Assembly (NCBI GenBank): GCA_016748015.1
Contig: JAAOMT010000372.1
Coordinates: forward strand, 496,001 to 560,000
Origin: Geosiphon pyriformis uo1
Lineage: Eukaryota; Fungi; Glomeromycota
Length of the DNA: 64,000 nt
Direction of reading: 5' to 3'
Made by a program: the position numbers and the translations under genes. The notes beneath the pieces were generated by a model, which made no database searches, was not told the DNA's origin, and saw only the letters and a list, made by a program, of their open reading frames with translations. Shown in pieces: positions 52,713 through 64,000 of this stretch. Position 1 is the stretch's first letter, and every line of letters begins with the position of its first letter.

Positions 52713-53641
52713 AAAAGAGGAGATAATGTTACTCATAAAAAGAAAACAGATATAGAGAAATAGTAGACCAATAAGCAAATAGTATGTAGCATATAAGCAT
52801 ATTGCTCAGCAATGTAAAGCAATGACAGAAATCACAGCATATTGTTCAGCAATGTGGAGCAATATCAGAAAAACATGGCATATTGCTCAGCAATGTGGAG
52901 CGATATTAGAAAATTAGGGCACATTGCTTAGCAATTTAAGCATTGCTCAAGAAATCATAGCACATCATTCGGGAATGTGAGCGATCTCATAGAACATTAA
53001 TTATGTATATATAGCAATAGCATTAGAAGTAGAAAAGGCAGAATCTTTCTATTAGAAACCTCTCAGTTTAGATTTCATCTAAGCAACTTTTTTTTCACAA
53101 ATATTAATAAATAATTATTCACCATTTCAATCCCCTCTCCACTATCAACACTCCATATTGATAGCAATTAATACTTAACTACACTGGAACAATAGCTCTT
53201 GATCACAGCTATTGACAGATACTAATTTGCACATTGTCTTGGCTCATTTCTTTATTTTTCTTTTATTTTCTTTTCTTGATTTTATTATTGTATACTAACT
53301 AATTAAGAATTAAAGTGCTGAGTAATTGATGTCATGGATAACTTGGTAAAAGACCCAGAAATAAGAGTAAAATTATATATATTAACAGATAGCTTACCAG
53401 AAGGACATAAATGCCAGAATAAACTGGCCACCAAGCTGAAGACAGAAATTGGGAACACAACTCACCAACCAACTACATCCTTATTGAATCTCTGTTTATT
53501 ATACAAAAGACTCTAAATCAAAACCTTCAGATAAAGACAACATACCAATATTACCCCATTATCCATCAAAGTAAATACTGAGCACTAAGTTATGAGTTTG
53601 TTATTTGATTTGAGACCCCAAATAATCACTTATAACATCTG

Positions 53642-54473
53642 TTTCTGGAAACACCTGTCATTTTGTTAGACATTTTTTTGATGCTGTAAGCTTTGTTGGT
53701 TAAAAAGCCAAATGTGTGGTCTATGCTGTGAAAAGTATACTATATAATGAGATTGATATGCAATGTACATTTAGTGTATGGCATTTTAACAGTTGGTTTT
53801 GATCAGGCTTTACCACTTATTTATCTGCATGTCTTTGATCCTATTTTATAAAAGCTGTGCACAACTGCCTTTTTGTAGCCAAGAGAAAGAGCTTTATAAT
53901 CTAGGTTATTCAAGTGTACTATGTATTTGGTATGGATTGATTGAGAATTCCAATCACATATTCTTTTGCATTTATAATACTAGTGCTAAAAGTGGGTTGA
54001 TTTCAAAAACTATTGATTGTTGAGTTAGTTTGCTTGATGTTCTTGTTGTTAACAGTGTGGTTATTTGCTTTCTACAAAAAGCTAAATTGTCAGATTGTTT
54101 ATATATGTCCTTAGCCAAAAGCTTTGTTTTGAAGAATTAGGTAAATGATACAGTTTGTTTGCTGAATGATGGCTCTGACAGTAAGTTTTTAGTTATTAGT
54201 TTAGTTTAAAGCTTTGCTGAGGGTTATAAGTCTACTATATGGCTGCCAATTGCTAAGTTAAGAGTGCTTTATGAGAAGTATGGTTTTTTGCCATGTAATG
54301 AGTCAGTATTATCAATGGTATCTGGTCTGGCTTCCTTGTAGTCTCCTAGTGTAATCTTTGATTTTGGTATCAGACTAAATATTTACATATATTATGGTTT
54401 GTATTCTTATCTGTCCAGCACACATTTCGGTTTTTTAGGTAACTTCCCAATAATTGGTGGTTTAAGTGTCTAG
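53642..54473 (+). pseudogene. LINE-A ORF2 part 4 (C-terminal Cys-motif region)
   Basis: QLP..SVLCIWYGLIENSNHIFFC, homologous to the LINE-B C-terminus; followed by the 3' UTR and poly(A). Confidence 0.8.
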
Positions 54474-55704
54474 TATTGTTTTGATTGGTCCAAGTGGCTG
54501 GTCACATATAGAAAATGCATAAGCCATGCTTAATATAAGATTTTGTATATTGCTATAATTTAGGTAGTGATTGGATTATATTTGTTAAATGCTTAATAAA
54601 AAAAAAAAATAAGAAACAACTTTATTTATTTATTAAATTAATTAAAATACAATATTAATAAATATTTTTAAAAATTTCTTAAAAATTTACCAATTGGATA
54701 AAACTAATTAAACAAATTTTATTAAAAATATTTTAAATGAGCCAAAAAACTCTTGTTTATTAAAAATTAATGCTGAATATTATTTTTTGGTAAATTTAAT
54801 TATTATTATTATTATTTTTTATTAATAATTTTTTAATTTAATTAATACTAATTACTATTTTCTATTTTTTTACATTTTGAGTTTTTTTCTTTTTAAAACT
54901 TTTCTAATTTATTTTAATAAAATTCTTAATTTAATATATATATATATATATTAATTATTATTAATAAATAAATAAATTTTATATTTTATGTAATTTATAA
55001 TTTGTAAAAATTTAAATTATAATATTACAAAAAAAATATACTATCAGATAAAAAATTAATAATTAAAATACAATTAAAAACAACTTTGTAAAAGACTTAA
55101 TAAAAAATAATAATAATAATTTATAAAAATTGTATCATATATTTAAAAAATAATAAATTAATAACCATAGTTTTTAATAATATGTTAACTCGAATGACTA
55201 TTGAAAAAAAAAAAAGCAAAAATATTATATATTTCAATTTGTTAATTAATATAAATTTTTAAATTTTATTATTGTTTCTGCTTTAATATGTTTAAATAAT
55301 AATAAATTTTAAAGAATAGATGAAAAAAAAGTAAAATGCTTTTGGTAAGTGAAAAAAAAATATTTTTTCTTGATTTAAAACAAATTAAAAAAATAAGAAA
55401 AACAATGAAATTAATAAAGAATTGTGGATTTTGATTTAGAATATGATAAATATTATCAAATAAAATACTCGGCAGTATGCTATTTTTAATTACTAGATGT
55501 GACGTCATAGTTTACTACGTTTTATCATTTGATGATCAAACTGCGTGGACGTAGTAAAAATGCGTCATCTTCTCCAAAAATGCTAATGTATCCTAAAAAA
55601 TATAAAAGGAAAACTTTGAATACACCCGGCATTTCCGATAACCTTTTTGAGAGGTTTATCAACATTTGGACCACGAAATTAAATTATCTCAACAAAGTTC
55701 AAAT

Positions 55705-58700
55705 ATGTCCCAAGAAGTAGCCGACAAAGATAACCAAGATGCGAGTTACTTTGAAATTGACAACGAACAGACTATTCTTTCACTCAAACTTCCGCAAAAC
55801 TTGCTTTCGCAATGGTTTCAGAACCGCTCGATTGCTCTGTTCATTTGTTTAGACATTTCTGGTAGTTTATATTGAGGGTTTCTGAACATTCACCTTTTAT
55901 TTATTCCACAATTACAACTAACCTTATTCACAATTAGGCTCTATGGCTGGATCAGGAATCAATCAAGCAAAGCACGCCATTTTGACGCTACTCGAAGGGG
56001 TTTTAACTGCTGGTGCTGTAAAAGAGGAAGATGTCACATGCTTCTTTTTTAATCATGGATGTAAAGAAGTTCCCTTTGCTACCAACCCACACTTGCGCTG
56101 GGCTACAGGCGGCATCAAAACATATTTTGATAAGGTTTTTGCTACAGGCGGTAAATGAAACGAATTCAAAAACATTCTTCGTTGCATTCCTTGATCAACT
56201 TGGATACATTGAAACTTAGGGTTTTATCTTATTTGATTCCCTTAGGCACTTCTTTCAGTTCTGTCTTCGATTCGATTTTAAATAACATACCCAATGTCAA
56301 CACTGATTTGGCTGTCATCTTTTTTACCGATGGACAAACTTCCCCAGTACAACAAGAGAAGAAGGATGCCCTTGCGGCTGCTCTTTCCGGCGCTAAACAT
56401 GGAACTGAGGTTCACACTGTCGGCTTTACTGGAGATCATGACGCGGGTAATTTCAAAAAATCCCTAAATTTAGTTAAATTTTCAAACTAAGAATTATTAT
56501 TATTTTGAAATCTACATAGTAATATTATCATGGCTCACCAAACTCGGGACTAAGCAAGGAAACTTCCAGTATGTCAGATCTTCCGGGGATATCCCAAACA
56601 CAATGAAAACAACATTGGAATTGCTCGCATTAGGTGACCGAAATGCATATGTGAAAATAGGGGGTAACGAAGCACTTAGAACTTCATTTGACAATGACGG
56701 CCGTGGAAGGCTAGTACTCACAGGAGAAAATAAAGTGGTACACACGAAGCAAGTCCGTATTCTTAAAGATAAAGAAAGTGAAGAAACTTTTACCTTTGGA
56801 GCCATTCGGGAGGTTAAACCAAATGAACCTGAAGCGACCCTGCTCATGATTCCTTTCATACAAAACGAAATCACTCGATTAACAAACGAAGTCGTGAGCA
56901 ATTCTGGAGACTCGACTAATCGAGATAAGCTCAACGAGATCGCAGAGGAAGCAGAAAAATATGATGATAAATTAAACACTATATTACAGAACGCTTATAA
57001 GATCAAGTCTATTTGGAGAAATGTCACCATTCAACAATGCTTGAGTGTCAAAGAAACTCTTATTCACTTCAAAGACTTACTTTCAGAGTATACATTCATT
57101 TCTTCACTAACACCATTTATAGATTTTTGAGTTTATTATTAACCTTTGAACTATACAATCCTTAAAAGGGCACTTAAAGGGTCATTGACAAATGAAAAAA
57201 TTGCAACCTTCAACAATCTGGCCTATAGAAATGTCACGAAACAGAGGCTCAAGAAGAAATTAGATGATCGGACAATAAAAAATATCGATCAAATGGAAGC
57301 AATTGAAGAACGCCTCCAAAAGTTAATAAAAACCATTGATTTTGACGAATTGGATCGCAATGAAACACAGGAAAATAAATTAACCTTCACATGTACCCTG
57401 ACTACAGGTAAAAAATTTTTTCTCGTTTACTCTGTCTTTCTAGAGTTCTTTGTAGTTGCTCAAATATATATTGAATTCTGGTAGATAACTATATTGAGGC
57501 TATGCGTGAAGGAGAGTGTATGTGCCTGACCTTGGATATTGCAAGATCTCAAGCTGCTATCGCTGATCCAACACAACTCCATGTTAAAAAGATCAATCAA
57601 ACTTTCTTGACCTCTGATGCCTTTATGACCTCGGTGGGATATGCTCTTGACGAGACAGGAGGTGACGGGCAAAGTGTCCATGGTGGGTTCGAAGGATCAT
57701 CAATCGGTGCTAGTGTAATAAAAGGAGTAGCCAGGGAAGATATTACTGGTAAGTTTAGAGCATTTGATTAAAAATTAAATATAACATTAGTAAATTAAAT
57801 TAAATTCCCGAAAATATACATTTAGGAATCTTGCCTCTTTATATCAATGAACAGCATTGGCAGATCGCGAAAGAGAGAATAAAGGTCAGTGACTATTTCT
57901 TGAGCTTTATCTTCAATAGAAAACAAAATTCATTTTTATATTATTGCCTAGCCAATTATGGGATACATGACGACACTTGATGTATTCGGCTATTCCTACT
58001 CGCAGTTGACTTCGATTCCATTCCTGGTCTTAGAGAGAGCATTTAGTGATACCTCATTGGATTTTCGGCGGAAGCAATTCAGATTGGTCTTTGAAACTTG
58101 TGATGCAATCTACAAACAATCAACGAAGCTTCGTGAAGAAAATAAAGCAATCTTCCCCAATTATACTAAATCACCACTCAATCGGACTATTGATAGCGTG
58201 GCTAATAATTTCGTATTCCTAGGTCATCTACTTTGTGCGATTCGATGTGGTGATGTGAGCCTCGTTGAACTTCAACAATACTTGCAAGAAGGTTTAATAA
58301 CATTTGCCATCGAGGAAACAATTCGAAGAAGGTTAAATCGAGCTGCTCCTCAAATCGAGGAGCAATTCAATAATATTCAAACTCTTTTGGGGATAGATCA
58401 AAAGGCCTATATTGACACTCCTGTAGAAGAATTTTCGAAAGCATATGCCAATTATATTAAGGAACTGAAAGATTCTAAAAAACAAGTGAATAATCGCTAT
58501 TCTAACGCGTTCCTATCGGCTTTGAGTTCAATCTCAGCCACAGAAGCCATGGAGATTGAGCTGCCAACTGGTGGCGGGCAAAAATCTGTTGGCATGGAGA
58601 TTGACGAGGTCCCTGCACCCATGATCCGCATCGAAGGTTATGATCCCGAAAAATTAAATATAACTGAAAAGACCCTCGAATTGCTGACTAAAGTAGAAAA

Positions 58701-59575
58701 GGTTATGTCCGAAACAGTTGAGAATATACTACGATACAATGAAATCTTTCAATGGGCAATTTCCAATAACTCGACAGACCTATTGACTTTCCCTGATTTC
58801 CGTAAATTTGACCCTGCAAAAACACCTCTGGCTGATGAATTTTTTTCACAAGTGACTCCTAAAGTTAAATTGGCTACCTTCCTTCAAGCCTATATTCACC
58901 GGCAAAATTCGGCACGACGCGAAGCCGCCGAAGCAACGCCAACAAAATTTGTTCAACCATTCTCGGAAGCAACTCCAGATGCGATTCTTTCCACCAAATT
59001 TCAAGAATTCCTTTCTGAACTTTTGAAACGCAAAATGACTGAGATCGTGGATTCTTACACCAAACAAGCCAATAATGAAACAGGATTAAGTTTTTGGGAA
59101 GCTACTACTCCAGAGGAGGCTGCTGGCTTAATAATATTAGATGTGAAACATCGGGGGAAAAAAGTCTTTAAGCAAGTTGTAAAAGCATTTCAAAAGCCTC
59201 ATATGCCCTTGGCCAAAGAAAAACTAGAAATGATGGTCAATGGAGTTTGGAAGGGTGTGCAATTATTCCAAGATAAATTCACAAAATTGCCAGGTAAAAA
59301 TCATAGATTTAGCTCAAGTTTACTTGATTATGACGTCCTCTCACAATATATTTTCCTTTAAAGATAAAGCTATTTGGAGACCTTCGCGGGAAAACTTGCA
59401 TCGAATTCTAAAAGCTCAAAAAGGCAACGTTTCCGATGTTGCCTATTGGGTCAATTTGCTACCCCACTACAAAGATTATATTGAACATCAGTTCGATGAA
59501 GTATATTTGGCTGATCGACGTCACGCAGCGTGGGAGGTTCGACAACAAAAACGGGGGCTCCCGACTAATGGCTAA
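55705..59575 (+). CDS. Host gene, ~1084-aa von Willebrand factor A (vWA) domain protein, 9 exons: 55705-55861, 55938-56150, 56246-56446, 56520-57087, 57169-57407, 57485-57748, 57826-57884, 57952-59293, 59364-59575
   Basis: All eight introns are GT-AG and the spliced CDS is 3255 nt in frame. The MIDAS motif DISGSM is formed across intron 1; GGTSF, FFTDGQ and VHTVGF are present; CpG content is normal. Confidence 0.88.
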
Positions 59576-60049
59576 GACTTTAAAGGGTAAACCAAGACCT
59601 TCAGTATTCGCTGTATAATACATTCGAAATAAATATCATCAACCATATAGTTCCAGCGTGAATACTTTGAATAAAGTTGAATAATAGTCGTGATCGATAA
59701 GAAGAGCTTTTTTGGCAAGATCTGCTTGAACCCATATAATGGGTTCTTTCAATATTCAGCAAAACCACGCTAATACAATGAGCCTGAATTCTTAATCGAT
59801 CTATCAAGACCGAGTAATTATGATTAATTTTCTCTCGGGTCCACTACTTTTCAAATGCGGGATTAAAATTCTTTACAGAAAAAAAGACATCAAATCAAAA
59901 ACCGTATTAAATCAAGATTAGCTTTCACGATTTGTGAGTTGTAAAGAAACTAGACCAAAATACAACTACTATATCTAATCGAAAATACCATTGATATTAA
60001 AATACTTTTGTATATTATAATCCACACATTCCAAGGGGGGGACTATTTG

Positions 60050-62560
60050 TACTCTTGTTAACTGCTAAGTTAATTAATTAGAACCAAAGATAATTTTTAT
60101 TAAAAAAAAATAAAAACTTTTTCACAATTAAAAACTGACAATAACTGTTTTAATAAATAGTTTAATAAATTTAATGTTTAAATATAAAAAAATAATATGA
60201 TTGTTAATAATATTGCAAAAACAAATTTGATATTTTAACTTTTATTAAAAAGTTGTAATTTAATATCATTTTAAAGTTTTTATATGCTAAATTGTACCAA
60301 TATAAAATTTAAAAGTTTAATTAATTAAATACAGTATTAATTTTTATAATAAATCTAACTTTTGAATTTTTTGTTAAGATTTTAATAATAAACTTAAATT
60401 TTTAATTTGGATATTTAATTAAATAATAATAAATTAAATAAAATTTTAATTTTAACCAATTTTAATAATAATTGCAATTTTAAAAATACTTTAATATAAA
60501 GTGGCTTAAAAATATTATTAATATTTGTTTTTTATTAATTAGTTAAATTAAATAATCTATTAATACTTATTTATTGTAAACATAATTATAAATATATATT
60601 TTTATTAATATCTTGTAAAAAATTATACAGTTTTAATATAATTATTTATAATCAATTATATAAATATCTAAAAAATATATTTTATATTTATTTTTGGACT
60701 GATTAATAACTTTAAACAAATTAGTAATTAAATTAAATATTTATAGCAAAATTTATTTTAACAATTATAAAAAAGTAATTAAATTTACTAAAAACTCAAT
60801 TTTTTAATCACAAATTCTATTAAATTAGATAAATTTTACAACTTAAATTCTAATATTTTTAATTTAGATTTATGTATTTTATTAGTAATAATATTAAAAA
60901 AATTAAAATTATGTAATATTAAAAAAATAATAGTTTTAATTTAAGATATTAAACTAATAAATTAATTTACAAAAATTTTAAATATAACAAAAAACTAAAA
61001 AAAATTTTAATAAATTAAAAAAAAACAGTTCTATAATTAATAACCAAACAATTCAAGTTTTAATACTTATAATAATATTAATACTTAGAAATTTTTTATT
61101 AATATATAATCTTTTTTTAAAATATTAGTTTTAATTATAATAATATTAAATTTATTTTTGAAATTAAAAATTATAATAACATATTTTTATGATATTTAAA
61201 TTTAAATAACTAAAAAATAAAACAAGTTTAATTATAAATTTTAATAATTAAATACTAAATTTTTAAGATAATATAACCAAAAAAAATAATTAATCAATTT
61301 GATTTTAAATATATTATTATATTTAAATATAATATGTTAATAAATAGCAATTAACTTTAATAAATAAATTGAATTTGTAAAAATTTAATATATAAAATTA
61401 GTCTTATAAAATATCTTAGTTATAATTTTTTTTAAAATGTAACAAAAAAATTTAAAAATAAAAAAATAAATACTATTAACAAAAAATAATACAATTATAT
61501 AATTATATGTTTTATATTAGTTTTTTTATAATTTAATAATAGATATTAATTATATTTTTCAATAAAACATTTATTTAATATATTTTACAAAAGCTAAAAA
61601 AATACAAATCAAGAAAAAAAATAAAAAAAAAGTTAATATTATTGTATTAATTTTTATTTAAAATTTTAAAATTTTTTAAATTGTATTTTTTAAAGCTTTT
61701 TTATCTTTTTGTAATAGGATAACATTAAAAACATTAATATAAAAAATAAACAATTTATTAAAATTGGTCTGCTTTAAAATTAATTTAAAAATTAATAATA
61801 ATTAATGTTTTTTTCTAAAAAGCTAATTAAATAAATAAGCAATTTTGAAAAAATTTTTTATAAATTTTTGTTAATATAAGACTAATTTAAAAAAAAAAAT
61901 TAAATATATTTATTAATTGCTTAAGCTTTTGCATTTTTTTTACTTTGGCTAAATTTGGAAAAATTTTATTATTTATAATAAAATGTTCTAAAAACTAAAT
62001 AAATTGTAGTTCAAAAAATAATTAATGAAGTTAATCTTAAATTTAATATTTTTAAAAAGATTGAAAACTTGTTATAAATAATTTAAGTGTTTATTTTATA
62101 TTTTTTTTATTTAATCAATTTTTTTTAATTAATTTATTATTTTAATGATTTAATTAAAAGAAATTTAAATAAATGAATTAAATTTTTAGTTTTAATTACA
62201 TGTTAGATAAAATTGGTTTAATCAGATAGTTTTTTAATATTGTAAAAATATTTTTAATTGGTGAATTTTTAATGCTAATTTTTTAATCTTTTTTAGGAAG
62301 TTTTTTTGTTTAATAATAAAACTTTAAGTATTTTTTTTAAATAATTTCTGTACAGCTTTTATTTTTTTATTAAGAATTAATTAATTGGTTTTTAATCTCA
62401 ATAAAAAATTAAACATGATTTGTATTTATTATTTAAAGACTAAAAAAAATAATTATACCAATATTTAACACAAAACCATGTTATTAATAATTTTATTTTG
62501 CATTTTTTTAAGTTGTTTTTAAATATTTTTTTAAACATGTTATAATAAGACCAAAAAATA
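60050..62560. other. Extremely AT-rich tract, probably terminally decayed TE sequence
   Basis: Almost no G/C; contiguous with a recognisable integrase fossil. Confidence 0.5.
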
Positions 62561-62569
62561 AGCTTTTTA

Positions 62570-62895
62570 TTAACTGTTAAAATATTTTACAAATCTATTT
62601 ATTTGTGGATGATAAGATGAAAAAAAAGTTTTTTGACATTGAATTATTCATAAATTTTTTTAATTAGGTTATTTACAAAATGTGTTTTTTGATTATATAA
62701 AAATTCAATTAAGCATCTGTGTTTACAAATAATGTTTTTGTAGATAAAATTTGTGACTGATTTTGTATCTGCTTATTGAATTGCTCTTGTTTTAGGTCAT
62801 TTGATAAGATAATCTACTGTAATTACAATATATCAGTTTCCTTGAGTTGTGATAAGTAGTGATTTGACTAAATTGATACCAACTCTGTTAAAAAG
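62570..62895 (-). pseudogene. Fossil Gypsy integrase core
   Basis: Manual translation FNRVGINLVKSLLITTQGN*YIVITVDYLIK*PKTRAIQ*ADTKSVTNFIYKNIICKHRC...QKTHFVN...SSYHPQINRF aligns with the integrases of Gypsy-1 to 3. Confidence 0.85.
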
Positions 62896-62939
62896 TTGTT
62901 TAACTTTGATTGAATTCAAAAGTTCAATAAGATAATATT

Positions 62940-64000
62940 ACCTAAGTAAAAAAGCCAATCCAAAAGCTATTGAAAAAACGTAATTAAAACGTAATAACAT
63001 AGAAAAAACGTAATAATATAGAAAAAACATAATAGCATAAAATAACACAAAATATTACATAATAACTCAAAATAATGCAAAATAACACATAATAATGTGA
63101 AATAGCACGGAATAAATAATTATAGTACAAAAAAACAAAGCAATAACAGAAATAGTAAGCAATAACTAATAATAACAAATGATTAAAAGCAATTTTATAA
63201 AACTAAAAAATATGTATAAAAATAAATAATTTTGGCAGATAAAAAAAAAGAAAAAAAAAGACAAGAACTTATTTTCTTAAAAACATCTCTTATCTTTAAC
63301 TTAATAAAACTATTTATCTTATTTTCTTTATATTTTTATATTTATCATTAAATAAAATATTATTTAATTTATTCGTACATAATCCTAGAATTTGTGTTGT
63401 TAAAATCAAATTAATTGCTTTTCTTATCCTTATTTCAGACCAGATGCTATTAACATAAAGCAGTTTTGAAATTCTAACAACTTGGACCAATTAGTCTTGA
63501 TTATAACAATTGACAATACTAATTTCTCTTCTCTTTTTCTCTTATTTTCAATTTTTTTTTTTTTTTTATTTTCTGTTTCTTTTAGTAAAGTGGCAACATT
63601 AAAAAAATTAATTGTCTAAAAATAAACTTCATGATAATCTGGTAAAAAGAGGAGTTCTTCTTAGGTTTAAATATTTATTCTATCTTGTTAGCTTATCAAA
63701 AAAGCAAAAAAACAATGTTAAACCCTAGCAACTGCACTCAATTAGCTTGAAAAAAATAGTTCATATACATCAAACCACAGACAATTAAACTATATCTTTG
63801 TGTTTTATACCAAAAAACTTTACAGATAAATTCACATCTACTGAAAATTTTCAAAAACTAATAATTTTAATTTATTTTTTATATCAAATATTATTATTAT
63901 ACTCCACCAAGTTTACTCATAATATTTAGTGCTTCTTATAAGATTATAAATTTTACAGAAACAGAATACTTCAGAAATTCACAAAAATAGCAATTATTAA
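62940..64000 (+). mobile_element. Gypsy-4: diverged 5' LTR (to ~63924), decayed PBS and start of the internal region, running off the window
   Basis: Tandem repeats at ~62977-63170; LTR motifs CAATT..TTGATTAT..AATTGAC-AATACTAA, a pyrimidine tract and CTGGTAA..AGCTTATCA; then TTTAGTGCTTCTTATAAG (PBS remnant). The left boundary is uncertain. Confidence 0.65.

Larger units (their letters stand above)
43547..53637 (+). mobile_element. Gypsy-3: full-length LTR retrotransposon of a sister subfamily, inserted into LINE-A
   Basis: LTRs 43547-44334 and 52727-53637; TSD TCTG (43543-46 / 53638-41). The LINE frame is restored (KS|VSGNTCHFV). Confidence 0.95.
6378..54609 (+). mobile_element. LINE-A: full-length non-LTR retrotransposon (ORF1 + APE-RT-RNase H ORF2), split into four pieces by nested insertions
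   Basis: TSD ATAAGAAACAA at 6367-6377 and 54609-54619, and a poly(A) tail at ~54598-54609. The 5' UTR resembles that of LINE-B. ORF2 rejoins in frame across every insertion junction. Confidence 0.92.

Overview
AT-rich eukaryotic DNA, most likely from a Glomeromycota (arbuscular mycorrhizal/Geosiphon-type) fungus, judged from the Sel1 repeats, short GT-AG introns and TE families. (1) About 2.3-3.1 kb: a decayed Sel1-repeat gene. (2) About 3.1-5.85 kb: a decayed, intronless, operon-like bacterial segment on the minus strand that is absent from the ORF track. It carries an ABC-ATPase 3' end, thyA and folA, with TGA at conserved Trp positions, which points to Mollicutes endobacterial DNA integrated into the host chromosome. 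(3) 6.4-54.6 kb: one ~7-kb LINE (APE-RT-RNase H) inflated to 48 kb by nested insertions, each with a readable TSD. These are a second antisense LINE, a pogo/Tigger-like DNA transposon with cargo, and three full-length Ty3/Gypsy LTR elements, one inside another. The Gypsy family has an unusual layout: Gag-PR-Cys-rich domain-dUTPase-dUTPase-like domain-RT-RNase H, then a stop, a separately initiated integrase ORF, and a third unknown ORF ending at the PPT. Its LTRs carry swappable tandem-repeat arrays and conserved hairpins. (4) 55.7-59.6 kb: an intact 9-exon host gene encoding a vWA-domain protein. (5) 60-64 kb: AT-rich TE fossils, including an integrase remnant and a fourth, diverged LTR. All TE coding regions carry many C>T/G>A transitions.
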